64,000 nt of DNA from Daphnia carinata. Lineage: Eukaryota. The stretch spans positions 3,596,001 to 3,660,000 of the forward strand of contig NC_081331.1 in NCBI RefSeq assembly GCF_022539665.2, given 5' to 3'. Below the pieces are notes generated by a model that searched no databases, was not told the origin of the DNA, and worked only from the letters and a program-made list of their open reading frames with translations. Made by a program: the position numbers and the translations under genes. This document shows positions 1 through 13,789 of this stretch, in pieces (the first letter of the stretch is position 1; each line of letters begins with the position of its first letter).

Positions 1-3000
1 TGGACAAAAAGACAGCGTAATTTTGTGTGATGGAATCGCATTGTCACCAAAAACCTTTATACCGCACAATCAAAGGCGAACGATAATTTTATGCCAAGTT
101 CATCCATTTTACGATTGTTCAACTCGCCGTTCCCTTGCTACTAGTCTCATCGATTGGCGTAGAATTTCAATTGAAAAAAAAACGAAACCAACAATATTCC
201 CGTGCGATGGACGCCTTTTGACCGGCGTGCCCGTTTGCCAATGTCAACAACACGTCAACGTACACAAACTATGACGTACAAGGCAAACATTCACGCAATC
301 GTCTAGAATGCGGTTTCCCCTATGTACACACAAAGAAGTAGGCCAGTGTTATAGCCATATTGATCATGTGTATGGCATCTGTCGTCATTGCGCCTGTCAA
401 CTCGTTAAAAAAAATGAACATAAGCGGAAAACGAAACTTTTCGTGCACTTTTCTTTTGTTCATTTTTTAGACAAATGTATTTTTAACATGTTTCCCCTGA
501 TTTATTTCTGTTGAGTGAGCACGCAACTTGGTTTTCCTTGTCTCCAACAACATGTAGTGCACAACAAAACGTTGACTTACACTAACTATTTCTCGCATTA
601 TCGATTACAAGCGGAAGAATTTGGAAAAAGAATAATCGTGGGCACGGTGGATATTACCCTCTGCAGCCTACGGGTGGGAAAGAATGAGAAGTAGTCTAGA
701 ATATAAGATAATAATAATAATAATAAAGGCAAATAAATAAGCAGTTTGACGATGCATAAGAGTGATGCACATAAATTGACTCGTCGGGCGAAAACGGAAC
801 AACAATGCACGCATTTTGTGTGACAAAGATTTACTTCGCTATACAACGGTGAATAATATGGATATTTTGTTGCTGCCGTCTTTCGCTTGCCTTGCCATGA
901 GAATGTTGTTCAATTTAGCCGAGTGGAAGGCAAAGGCGAACTCTTGCGACTATACATGTATGTTTTCACAGAAGTCATTTGATCTCGAACTACAACAAAA
1001 CCTAACGAGCAAACAGCGAATGAATGAAGACAAAACCGTGAGACGCAACTGTTAAGGGCAGAATAGCTATGATGAAAATGGATCCGCAAAACCAGCGCAA
1101 ACATATTCAGCTTAGATTTCTACAGTAGTGTTACCGAAGACATCGAAATCTGTCACGTTTTGCTTATTTACGCGTACTCAAAAACATTCGATGCTTTTTT
1201 GATTTACCATAGAGTTGATTGATCAAAGCACTTCCTTAAACCGACCAACTTTTCAGCAACAAATATACAGTTGATGTTCTTTCAGTTACTCAAGGCGTCT
1301 ACATAATTTTGTACTTCATTTGGATGGGTGGAAGTGACGCTGACTGCCAGTGCGACCTTGATTTTCGTGTATACCGTGGATTACTGGGCTACTTAACAGT
1401 AAAGAAGTTGACGAAGAAAATAACTTTTCTCTCGTTAAAGTAGCTCGTTGTCGACTTCATTTTCCTTCGAATGCGTCGCGTTCGACGGAAATGTAATCTC
1501 CACGGAATCCCAGTTGAGGATAATGTACACTCGGGCCGTCATCGACTTTACAGCTCGTATAGTATATACGGTGCGTGATAGGTAAACACACACCGGTTCA
1601 GCAAGGAAATCCACTAGGGCGACGGCGTCCAAGTAAACAACAAGTAAAACTCTTGTGAGTATAAATACGCCAGTTTCCGTTGCCATTTCACGTAAACAAT
1701 TTTTATTTTGCGTACCCAACGCCCACACTTGTTACTGCATCAAAGCTCTTCGTGTTACACAAGTAGCAACTAGAAATGCCACCTCTCGTGATGGATCCAT
1801 CGTTACGCGGAAAAAAAAGGGTGGCACATAGGAAACGTTTGACGGGTGAAAAATTGTACCCGTCAATGCAGTAGATGTGCGATTCTATTAAAAGTTAGCC
1901 GGTTAATCCAGAATCTATTATACTTTACGAATCAAATCAATGGAGGTTGCATTAAAGTGTAGCGTCGAAAGGACGAAACAGAACTTACAAGCAAGTAGGC
2001 GGGTTATTGATCGGCCGTGAACCTCTCTTGTACGTTATTTTTTTCTTCTTCCTCCTCCTCCCCCTTTTCGTCTTCATTATTTATCAAACGCATCGGCAAA
2101 AAATAAAAAAGAGAGAACCAAAAATCCGGGTAGGGGAAAGGTTGAGCTAGATTATGGCAACTCGGTGAGTCTGCTGCCAAGTTACCCTCAATAGATGAAA
2201 ATCCATCAGACCTAATGGAAGCCCCCTCCTCTTTGCCTCCCAATCTTCACGTTCAAACTGCGGGGTGAGTGAAAGACGCCCGAAAGAAAAAGACGGTCAA
2301 GAGAGCGGGTGGCAAAAAAGGAAAACATTGAATCTGTGATGCACCGTCGCAGCCGCCCCCATCGTTGAGCGTGGGTCGTCGAAACACTCACGATGATCAT
2401 GGCCCCCCCAATTTCTGGTGATCTTTCGTGGTTTCATCATGAAGACGATGCGGAGACTGCTGGATTATACTGGTGGACCTTGAGCCGTGGCCAGTCAACT
2501 CACTTGGCATCTGTCCAATACACAACAACAGTTGTGTAAATAGGCGGACGTCTAGCTTCTGTGCGATTCGAAAATTCGGCCATTGTCTAGACTACTTTTG
2601 TTTCTGATCATATGTCTCTCGATAACAGATCAACGAGCATCGCAATCTTTTAGATCCAGTCTACCGTAAACAAAAGGAATCTTTTAAAAAGAAAAGAGTT
2701 TGCCAAGTTGACGGATGCAGTTCTAGTTGTAGATGTCCGTCAACATATACCAGCTGGCTGCTGGTTGAGTCGAAGCTATAAACGAAAGACGTCCATCAGC
2801 ATATTACTTACGGACAAGATTTAGCACATAATGTTTAGGGCAATGTTAAAATACATGACTTGTCATCAGTACGACAGCTTCATCATTTCCTTGTTCGTTC
2901 ATTAGCAGGACCATCGTTAGGACATGTTGCCAAACTCGCCTAGTTAGATTTTTTCGTCGTGAGCTCGTGAGCTCGTCTCCCGCACTTCAGGTTTCACTCG

Positions 3001-6000
3001 ACATTGATCATCACACTGCAGATGTTGGAGAATAGTTTCGCGTAGTCCAGGCTCTTTTCCTTGTATTTTTGGTTACAGCGCTCGTTTTTCTTTTAAACAA
3101 TTATCAAATTCTACCTTACGAACGCAATGCTCCTAAAGATTAAATATTTAAGAACAATGACCGTGTCCAACGTCGATAGACTGTCTATGCATATATTCGA
3201 CTGACCTGTATGCAAATCTAGGCGTCTAGACGAGAACTTTTGCGATTGTACGACATGAAACAAAAGGCTTTTTCGTGAGTTAATAGGCAGCATAGTTATA
3301 ACTAGACGTATACAAAGTGTTGCATAACGTTCCACATATAGGAAAAAGGAGTCTAATGAAATTTGGGGTCTAAATTGTTTGGCTATAGCGGTTCATTTAA
3401 ATCGAGCTAGAGGGGTGTTTGGTTAATGAAAATGGTCTTCGCACTGGTCAATAATAATTCGGGATTACTTTAGTCTGTATAGAAGAATGACAAGGGTAAC
3501 TAATGGATTACTTAGACGCTCTGCAAGATTTGAGAGTCGTGGATGGACAGCCAGTTTCTCTATAACTATAAAGCACGAGGACACTCGTTTACAGTTTACT
3601 CGGCATAAATAATCCCTTCTTAATGACGAAGTACAACAACACCCATCTTACTGACGAGACACTTTCAAAATTGGTGAGGATTCAGCTTATTTGCTACGCA
3701 ATCAAGTTTTGTGTTCTATTCGCTGGTCATAAAATGACAACTATCAGTTTGAGTAATTAACGCGTGTGGACGTTGTGCGAAGACATTTCCGTAAATAAAT
3801 GCTTCGTGCCACTTGAGCTCAATTGTCCTCATCATTGGAAAATAGATTACGAGTAAACTGAGAAAGTTATAAGAACAAGTGGCTTGCTGCTCTTCACTAT
3901 TCTTCACATATATGAAAATCTCTTATTACCAAGTTGTGTGCTTTTAAGACACATTCTTTCTCTTTTAGTATTTTCCATATTCAACGAACTAATGAAAAAT
4001 GTAAACAGCAAAAAAAAAAAAAAAAAAAGAAAACTTGGGGAAGTAAAACTTTCCATTCAACCAATGGCGAAGCCGAATAGGAAACAAATTAAGAGGAGTG
4101 TGCGAATAGGCCCAATAGGAAGATAAAATTTGATGCATTCCTGATTTATGTCCAACTCATCAGTTTGACAGTTACGGATTGGCACGCCCAGCCAAACAAT
4201 TTCGAGGGTGTCATCACTTAAAACGTGTGGTGGGATGAAATGGCAAACGAAAACGACACGCAAAGACGATCTGCAACATCGTGTTTAGCACGCTGTGGCA
4301 CGTCTGTACCATTCCCTTCTTGAAAGCCATCTACGAATCCACTTGTGATTCCCCAGTCTTCGACTGGCTCCACCATAGATCTGATTATTCGGAACGAGGG
4401 AAGCTGAAACACACATTCATCGTATCGTTTCTGCTGTACATACGTGAACGAACTTTACCACTTTGCCCGAATCATTTCGAATGCTGCTTGTGTTTTGCTA
4501 TGTAATTCCATGTGTTTGATTCGATGGACGATTGCTGTAACGGTACCAAGTTTCGTATAACGACACGAAAGGTATACGTGTTTCTCGAAGAAGTCTTTAG
4601 TATCACGTATATAAGCTACGTGTGCGAACATATTCGTACGGGCTTTTGAAGGTCCTTTTTAAGGAAAACGATACTAAAAGGAAAATAAGCGTGAAGCAAT
4701 TTGCTATTTTTGCTCACGATTCGGGCCCGTCTGTTTTCTAGGGGTCGTCGGGCTGAACGCCTGTGCCAGTCGAAAGCAGTCGCATTACGGTGTTTCTTTC
4801 ATGATATCCAATCTATCCCTATTTGTGCACTGTAAGTTGTTTGGCTTACTTGTATACCTATACTTTTTGCTGCGTTTCGGCTGCATCGTATTTGTTGTAA
4901 TGGTGCAAATGAATCTGTTTTATGCGGATGGAGAGAGGAAATCCGCACGAAGAAAAAAACGAATGGCGATCCATGGCAACGCGGCTGCACAAAATGAACC
5001 AAAGTATCCGATTGGTTTTGTTCTTTTCCTTTATGAACGAAAAAAAAAAGCAAGCTGATTGCGGCCATTTGCTTGGACTTGCTGATGTCATTCGATTTCC
5101 TTTCTTTTTTTCATCCTTTCCTCGCTGAATGGTGATAGTCATTAACACACTCCATTTCCAGCAGCTTATGTATATTTCGTAGAAATACATCCTCGTATCT
5201 TGATAGAAAGATAACTAGATTCAGTATCAACGTGCATTATTTAATATAGCCCCATATATTCACGCATATATCAAAAAGTACTATTGATTCTATGGAATTC
5301 CTTTTTTTATTTCTTATGGAGCGCTCGTTATGTACCATCACCGACTGCTTTTGAAAGATAGATTCAAAGGAACAGCGCCAACCCGGAAGGATCAACTTTT
5401 AGGAGAACTTTAGTCTGCGAATCGCCGATGAAGACGGAAAAAAAGGAAGAAAAATGGAAAACTAAAGTGAAAAGTAGAAAACGGTATGGTTCTTCCTGTT
5501 ACAGTTGATAAGCTACTGTACTGTGTATCAAGACACAGCAATAAAGTATGGCATTCCATTTTTGTTTCTTCATATTTTCTCCTTCACGGCTCTATATAGA
5601 CTGCTGGGCATTTTCAGGGTTGGATCGACATCATTATTTGTACTGGTTTATTTTCCTGTTCAACTAAAAAATGGCCCGTGGATACACGTTAGCAGTAATA
5701 TTTGAAAGCCAACTTTCTCCGGTTTTCTGTGCTAGAGCTTTGTACATTTCTCGGTAGCACTGCTTCAAGGACTTCGACTTCCAAGAAATCTTGGCCAACT
5801 GACGGTGCTCGACATTTTGACCGTCGTGTTGAATGGATCGATATTTTACAAACGCTGAAGACGACAGTGATTCGCAATCAAGTTTGATAATATATGTATA
5901 TATAAAACGATGAACGTATATATATAAGTCGATGAATAATGGCTTAACGAAAGTTGAAACTCGAGGATAGGAGGCAGAAAGGGTTGAATCTCTATCACCA

Positions 6001-9000
6001 CCTTACGACCACCATAGACTAGGAGCTTTAAGCACTGTGAAAGTTGTATACGTTAGGCTGGCAAATGGGATCAGTTGAAAGTCATTGTCCCTGATGCTCA
6101 GCCCCACGTCACACCATTTTTATTGGTCGCAGTAAATGGCCACATCTGGGGTTCTCGCTTTAAAAAAAATATAGTTTATGCTTTTCTTATATCAGGCGAC
6201 ACTCATAACTTAAGACTGTGTATAGTAAATACAGTTTATCGTGCCATATTGGCCGCCATACGTACAGACGCATATGTGGGTTGCCCTACTGAGCCTGTTT
6301 GAACTATCCAATGCCAGTTGCTACGTGACTTCAGGTTCTCTCAAAAAATCTAGTTCCATAAATCGCAATATGTTGTCGGAAAAATAAACAAGTCCTATCT
6401 ATCCTATCTACATAATGGGGTTCAGTCAAAACCAAACGAGTTCAATTGCCTGAGCCTATACTTGATGAATGACGGCGGTATCAGGTAATCGTTGCTTTGG
6501 AATTGGGCACAAAAGGAATCTCAGGTGTTCTCGTTTTATCAGATCAAATTTGAACCTGACTCATTGTTCTTCGGGATTAGGTATATATAAGTTTTATTGT
6601 CATGGTACGAATCCGATTACGCGATGAACAAACCACTTATGACAACAGCGACATCACAAGCGACTTATGATAAAAGCCTTCGTTTGCGTAGAGAATCCAG
6701 CTATATCTTTCTATTCAACGAAAAAGATGGAGGAATATATTGTTTTATTACATGGTGTATTGTTTCATTGTATTATTGTTGTTATGAGTGAACACGCACA
6801 CAGTACATATCAGTGAGCACAAGTGCACCGATCACAAATGGAAACAAGAAAAACCGTCTGTTTACTGACGGTCTTCTGTGGAAATGTGAACTTTCAATGA
6901 ACTGTGAAGCATCTATTATTCTTACATTTACACACAGAAGGTTGGGTAGTGGAACATCTACTAACCTTCTACCACAAACGCGAAGCTTTAAAGTTGGCCC
7001 AGCTAAGACAGGGACGGAGGCGAGCAGCTTGCATCGAGATATCATCATTCAGTAAGTGGCGAGCGCCGAAGGGTCAACAACTACAACTAAATAGTTATAG
7101 CTGTCCATCGACCGTTTGTCACGATTCCAAGTTGCAACTTATGATTTCGAACGGGATACAAAAGCGCGTCGTTTATACCCAACGGGCGGAACCTTCTAAC
7201 GTCCAGTACAGGTTCTGCGAAAACTTTACATTGTGAGCAATAAATAAATAATATTTTATCCATGTCCGTTGCGATATTCTGCACGTTTGTGGTTTACCAC
7301 TGTTTTTGGCAAAACACTGTGGGAATACAATTTTTCTATGAGGAGGGAAAAACGCCATAAGGTGGTCGTCCAACATTTGCAAAACAGACATGACAACATG
7401 ATGAGTGTTTGGTATACTAAACAGCCTGCTCTTCTTGCTGCATTTGGCAAGGGCCGTAATAGTTGGGGCCACTATCATACACTTTACAAAGGAAAGGACG
7501 TCGCCCCAGTTTCGGATGAGCGCCGGTGCCCAAGTAATCAAACCGGACTTAGCAATCAACCATGTTCTGTTAAATGCAGGCAAACGAGGACGGCCGGCAG
7601 AACAAGGCAAGCGGAGAAAGTACCGCAAAAAACAGCCGAGGCGCACCCGACGTCCAGGATGCCAGTAAAACAAAAACACCGTTGGCGCACCTAAAAAAAG
7701 AAAGGAACGATTAAAAGAAAAGGGTAACAGTAGATGTAGAGCAACGCCCGAGAAGATACGCATTTCTTTTTTTCTATCGAAAATCCAATCGATTTTCTTC
7801 TTTTTCTTGGGGGATCTTTTCTCTTTTTGCTGTTGTCTATTTTCATGCAATTTTGTGTTGCATACCGCGCGCATATCTATAGCTCCTCCACTTTCTGGCA
7901 GTCTCTTGACGCTTTATCTTTAATAGAAAAACGGCTGATTTATTCTTGCAACGAGCGACAACAGCAAAGAAAAGAGGCTCGCAGAGAAAGAAATATTTTT
8001 CACCAGCTTGACGACGACTACATATATTTTTTTTTTTTAACCAGTTCAGCGGCGGTCGATAGTTTTATATTCTATGCCATTTCGTTGTTCTTGCAGTCAT
8101 GAAGAAACAAAAGAAAATAAACAAAAAAAACTATGAATCATTCAGCTGGAAACTACACGAAATGGTTTGTGTGCGTTTTCTCAAGTTCCAACCACCGACT
8201 TCATGTCTCTTTTTTCTTATTTTTTGTTTCTCTCTCTCCTTCCACTTTGACCAAACAATTGGATTTCGTACAAGAGAAGAGGAAGCAAAAAAACAAAAAA
8301 CAAAAAAAAAAACAGGCAGTAGCTTTTATTGTTATTTTTTGTGGGTCCGTTTCATCAGGATAAAAACAAGGGCCACGCACGCGTATAAAATGGTCGTAAA
8401 AATGGACCATAGTAGAAATTTACAACCAAGCTATAGTTACCAATTCGATCAAGATAGATAACGAAAGCTGTTGGAACGAGTTTTGAAGCCTAAATGGCTG
8501 CTGCCAAGTACCGATCGATCGTAATGGTGTCGCCGGTGGAGCAGTTGCAGTAGAGATTTCTCAAAGTGGCGATGGGAGAAGAGTTTTTTTGCAATTGCCC
8601 ATGTCCCAACGGTGAACAATTGCCTGAAGTTTGATTGGATCAAAGTAAATACTCCATTTACAATATCCTCTATAACGCATCCGCATTGTACGTATAGAGA
8701 TATGCAAATGCTTCCGTACTATAACGTCCCTACCGGATTGCCCCCTACTGCTACTATGTGGGGACGGGAGGACGTGAATTCGGCTCCAGACTAGAATAAT
8801 GTTGCAAGAAACTCCCGAAGGTGCCGTTTGGAATCTAGCAGTCACTAGAGCATTTGCATTAGCCACTGCGACACTTATCTAACGCTAATAATTCAACTGC
8901 TAATAACTCCACCCTCTACGTTTCCATCCGTTCGTTCTAGCTTTGAATGACGAGAAATCAACAACCATTTCACGAAACTAATTAAGACCCCGCCATTTGA

Positions 9001-10126
9001 AAATTAACATTTTGCAAAGCCATTCATCTATGAAAATGTGACGAACATTGATTGATTCGTTATTACGCTCTTGCTGGTTAGTTTACGTATAGTAGCTTCT
9101 GTTATGTAACGCACAATGTAAGTTCGTAACATGGCAGCGTTTACCATCCCTTGTTCAAGGACAATAACGTGAAAGACGAGATCAAGGCAATACTACAGAA
9201 CGGCGATAAAATCTTTCATCCCAAGGTTAGAGATGCCTAATTTGTTTCAAAACATCTAAGCTTGAACATACTGCTGTTTTTATGCAAATGAAAATTTAAT
9301 AATTTCGAATAATCTTACCAAACACCATTAGCTTCTTACGAATCTTTTAATGATTCAAAAATAATGGTGTTCTGACAATTTCCTAAATGTTCAGAAGATG
9401 AGCTCGTGATGTGAAAAGGGAGCGTGAAGGAATAGTTAATCTTATTTGAGAACAACAAAATTTAATTGACTGGAAATTTGGCATTGGCATTTAAATGCCT
9501 CGGGGACACCACGGCGAGCGATTCAGCTTAAAGCAATATTCCGCAATAATTATAAGTGGATAGTAAAAGACTTGAAATATCATCGTTAAATTTCCTTGGA
9601 TAATGAAAATATGTTTAGTACAGAAAAGAAAAACTTTACCGTATGTTTCTTTAAAGACGATAGCGAGATAACGTAATCAGGTGTTATTGTTCAAAAGCAG
9701 CCGAATTTCCGTGGGGGGCGTTTATTTTTAAATAATAACAAAGTGAAAGGCAGGGTGGGATCGATCTTGAGCGAGGCCCATCATTTAAAACTGATTTCCC
9801 CTTGTCGTAGGAAGCATTCTACTGTATATTAAGAAAATTCTGTGGTAATAAGCACCAGTAATAGTTGGCCTGAAATTCTGTGATTAAATTGCTAGTGGCT
9901 CTTTGTATTAAGTTATGCAACACCAATGAAGAAAACACCCATTTTTCAGGGACATATTTGATTTCCGCTCTCTTTCAGTCAGTCGTCGTACGCCACAAGT
10001 TAGAAGAAGCCAGGAAACTTGCTCTCCACTCAAGACAACATGTTGTTTGGTTTCTGTACATAGTGTCAATGCAAAATTTATTCAGCAATCCATACTGTGT
10101 ATGCCAGATAATAGCTTATTAGCAAA

Positions 10127-13100
10127 ATGAGTATGAACACCACAACGTCTCATGTTGCTCATGGAGGAGAAGGAAACATTCAAAATGATTCGCCAGCAAC
10201 CATGTGTAAGCCTGATACAGAGTTCAGGTCTAAACTTTCGTGGAGAACTCGGATTTCTTTCAGTGTTGGGCATGTCTTGAACGATCTATGTGCTTCCATG
10301 TGGTTTACATACCTCCTCGTCTTCTTCCACCTGGTGCTTCGATTTGATAATTCCCTATCAGGAATTGTTTTGTTAATTGGTCAAATTGCTGATGGCATTG
10401 CTACGCCGTTTGTTGGCCTTCAAGTTGGTGAAGCATACTCCAATCCAGCAGGTAAATGCTACGATTTATGTTTGTTTGCTGAAGACTTTAATATTTTTTT
10501 TTTATTGTTAGGCCAAAGAAGGCATCAAGGTTCAAAATGCTATAATGGACTTTTAGCGAATTTTGGACCAAGAAAAACATGGCATTTCTTTGGTATGATA
10601 TTTCATCAAGCTAACTTTAGTTTCAATCCAGGTTTAATATTTCAATTTGTTTACATCAAGGAACAATGTGCATCCTGGCAAGTTTCCCATTCATTTTTAT
10701 GCCGTGCGTTGGTTGTTCAACTTCGTCGCAATGGGCTCAAGTCATTTATTTCGCCGGCTTTATCGTCATCTTCCAATTTGGTTGGGCAGCCGTTCAAGTG
10801 TCTCATTTGTCACTTATACCAGTGCTAGCCAACGATGAACGTTCAAGAACTGAGCTTACGGCACTAAGGTACTTTCTTTACTGAATTAGTTGGCTTTGTT
10901 ACTTGTGGCATTCGACAGTAGCGTTAGAAAACATACCCATGAAGGAAAAACCTTATTGTGTTTTTTTCATTCATGAAGGTAATTTGATCAAAAGCAACAC
11001 TAACTCGAATTTAAGGATAATTATGAGGCCACAAGGAAAGAACGTGTAGCATTTGATACTAGGAACAGAATCATCTAAATTCCCCCCCCCCTCCCAGTAA
11101 TTTAATGCTAGCAGGTCCAAAAAGCATACACTATCAGTTGCTGAGTTTCTTTCATCTTCTCTGTTATAGTGCTTCGTATCTGTGACTCCTCTTGTAGCTT
11201 TACATCGTTATAGAGCAATTAAAAGATCATTATTTTGGCTTTTACTGAATCTGGTTTCTTTGTTGATGGTTTCTAAAAATATCTAGCCTTCGCTTTGATC
11301 TTGATTTAGGTATGCATTTACGGTTGCCTCTAATATTACCATCTACGCTATGACGTGGGTAACACTGGGTGTTACCGGAGCTTCACAACAAGTAGTTGGA
11401 CCGGAAGATACAACGGATTTTCGGGTTAATATTTCTTTAATTATTATTTTGTTTTTCGTTGATAATTCCATAGCAAGTTAAATAAGATAACGTTATGAAT
11501 TCTTTCATAATAGGATGTCGTATTGGTTGCGGTTGGCATTGGCGCCCTTTTCTCAATCTTTTTCCACTGCGGCGTGGATGAGGTTAAGCACAACCAGGTG
11601 TACTATTCCAGTATGAACCAGCCGAATAGCCCTTCCGCAATGAAAGCGTTGGATTGGCTGAAAGAAAAACAATTCTATCAGGTAAAGCTCAACGTCACGT
11701 CTTTCTATAAATGCCACATCGATGCTGAACGAACACGAAACAATTCTCACGAGCATAAACCTTCTGTGTGACGACATTCCAATGAAAAGTTTGTTTGAAT
11801 TCTGGGGTCGTCAACAAGTCGGACTCGACGTGACGTTCTCGATAAAGTGCTTCGATCTCGTCATGTTTTCAAATTTTCGGGACATCTTGCAGTAGGACTC
11901 CTAGTTATTTTAGAGAGGTCAACGTAAGTTATGACTGATTTTCAGAAAGATTGTGGGGCATCTGGACGCATTTCATTTTGAATCCCACTGCTGCTGACAT
12001 AATTTTGACTTTCATGGTATGCCAGTCACGTCTTGAATAGATTGAAATTCCACTTCAATCAAGCTCCTCCCTGGCATTGGGCTGTCAACATGCGCGAAGG
12101 ATTTTCCCCCGCATCCATTTTAGCGAATATAGTTGTTTTCGTGGTTCTACTTTCAGTATAGCTAATTGATTAATTTCACATGTTTTCTATCTTTTATTCC
12201 CTAGGTTGCCGTTCTGTATATGGCGACACGTCTGTTTGTCAACCTATCGCAGGTGTATTTGCCACTATGGCTCCAGGACACGTTGCAACTTGGCGCAACC
12301 TCTGTCGCCACCACTCCTCTGGCTCTTTTCGTCTCCGGATTCCTTACCTCTCTGGCCATGGGATCTTTGACTCAAGTTGTCGGCAGAAAGGTCGGATTTT
12401 CTTTGTTTCTCGCTAGATGGCGTTTGATGTAATCTTCATATAATTTTCATCCCCCATCCTTGACTTTTTTGTGTGGATCTTTTTTTTTTCTAGGTAGTTT
12501 ACCTGATGGGCGCTCTAATCGGAATGGGAGCATGCGCTTATGTCTGGTTTGGCAATGGTGAATTTTTTGAAACGTATGGTGTTTACGGCGTTGCTGCACT
12601 ATACGGTAAGAACGAGAAAGTTTTAGCATTCTGGTTGCCATTACCAGAAACCTGAACATTTTTCTCTGCGCTTTCTTTTTTTTTTTTCTATCTGCATTAA
12701 GGTGCCGGTGGCTCCACTATGCTAATCACTTCATTAGCCGTTACGGCCGACCTGATAGGACCCCACGTTGAATCTGGAGCTTTTGTCTACGGCGCGATGA
12801 GCTTCACGGATAAAGTCTCGAACGGGCTCACCGTCTTCCTCATCCAATACCTGCACCCCTGCCAGTAAATCAGATGCAACAAGCTAATCATCTTGAGCAC
12901 GATTGAAACCGCCCCCTTTTTCTCTGTTTCTTTTTTTTTTTAATCTCTCTTTCCCCTTTTTTTTTACGGTGGTGGTTTGTTTTCCATCTCGCTCGCCCCC
13001 CTGTAGATCCTGCTGCCCCGAGTGCAAGCCTTACTACGTCATGATTCTAGCGTTGGTTTGCGGCAGTGCCGCGTTGTTAGCCTTAATGAGCCTTGCCACG

Positions 13101-13329
13101 ATGATCCCACTCGACATCGGTGTCCTACCGAAAGGTAATATAATCTAACTTTATTTGGAATTTCGGGGCCTGATTGTTTGGTGAAAGAATTTTTTCTTTT
13201 TATTTTTTAACATTTTTTTTTCTGTTTCTGTTTTTTGTTGGTGTGTTGCTAGGCTACCAACGGATCGCCAGCGACACGGAAGACGACGTCACCCCGGAAA
13301 CGAATCGAAATATTTCTGTAATGGCATGA
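10127..13329 (+). CDS. MFSD12: Major facilitator superfamily domain-containing protein 12 (lysosomal/melanosomal cysteine importer family), 10 coding exons, 520 aa
   Basis: Hand-spliced exons, all GT-AG and phase-compatible: 10127-10451, 10512-10592, 10661-10868, 11310-11424, 11514-11681, 12205-12390, 12494-12605, 12702-12864, 13007-13134, 13253-13329 (total 1563 nt = 520 codons + TGA). The translation contains motifs I recognise from MFSD12: [120 protein letters not shown] and the Cys-rich HPCQSCCPEC loop. It ends ...[25 protein letters not shown]. Confidence 0.95.
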
Positions 13330-13783
13330 TGAGAGAATCGCTCATTTTAACCTGCAGCATATTTCTACATCGTCTGGGAGTTGGTCTGATAAACCTGTTT
13401 GTTTTTGTTTTTTTGTTCTTTTTATTTTTTTTTTCAATCAACTGAAACGGCAAAGCAAACACACCGGTCTTGTTCTTTTGAATTTTAATTTCGCGCAAAA
13501 GGACGACGATGTCTATATTTCTATGAAAATGAATGCAAATTCCTTCGTGTCTTTTGTTTTCGGTTTGGGTTTTTGTCTCGAAATGACGCACTAGCATTCC
13601 AAATCGATGCCGTAAATTCTGTTTGTGAAGTCGCTGTGATAGGGATCGTCACCGATCAAATCATACGGCAACCTCGTCGGTCTATATTGTAACCGTGTTT
13701 ATATAGCAAAGATTTCGCCAAGTATCCAACAAAAACAATGCCTTGATGGTCTTTTGTTATCAATTACTCTCTGATACGACGCC

Positions 13784-13789
13784 AATAAA
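13784..13789 (+). terminator. Candidate polyadenylation signal for MFSD12 (about 450 nt 3' UTR)
   Basis: First canonical AATAAA I found downstream of the stop codon (TGA 13327-13329), after a T-rich UTR-like stretch. Confidence 0.5.

Noticed and set aside
7173..7874. 233-aa - strand ORF and the overlapping + strand ORFs (7269-7694, 7405-7668)
   Set aside because: No recognisable domain, N-terminus derived from homopolymer tracts, and no coherent exon structure.
10127..10828. 233-aa ORF as a stand-alone protein
   Set aside because: It is MFSD12 exons 1-2 read through introns and then out of frame; the spliced model explains it.
13327..13332. TGATGA at the MFSD12 stop as selenocysteine or readthrough
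   Set aside because: Tandem stops argue against readthrough, and no SECIS-like stem was seen in the 3' UTR.
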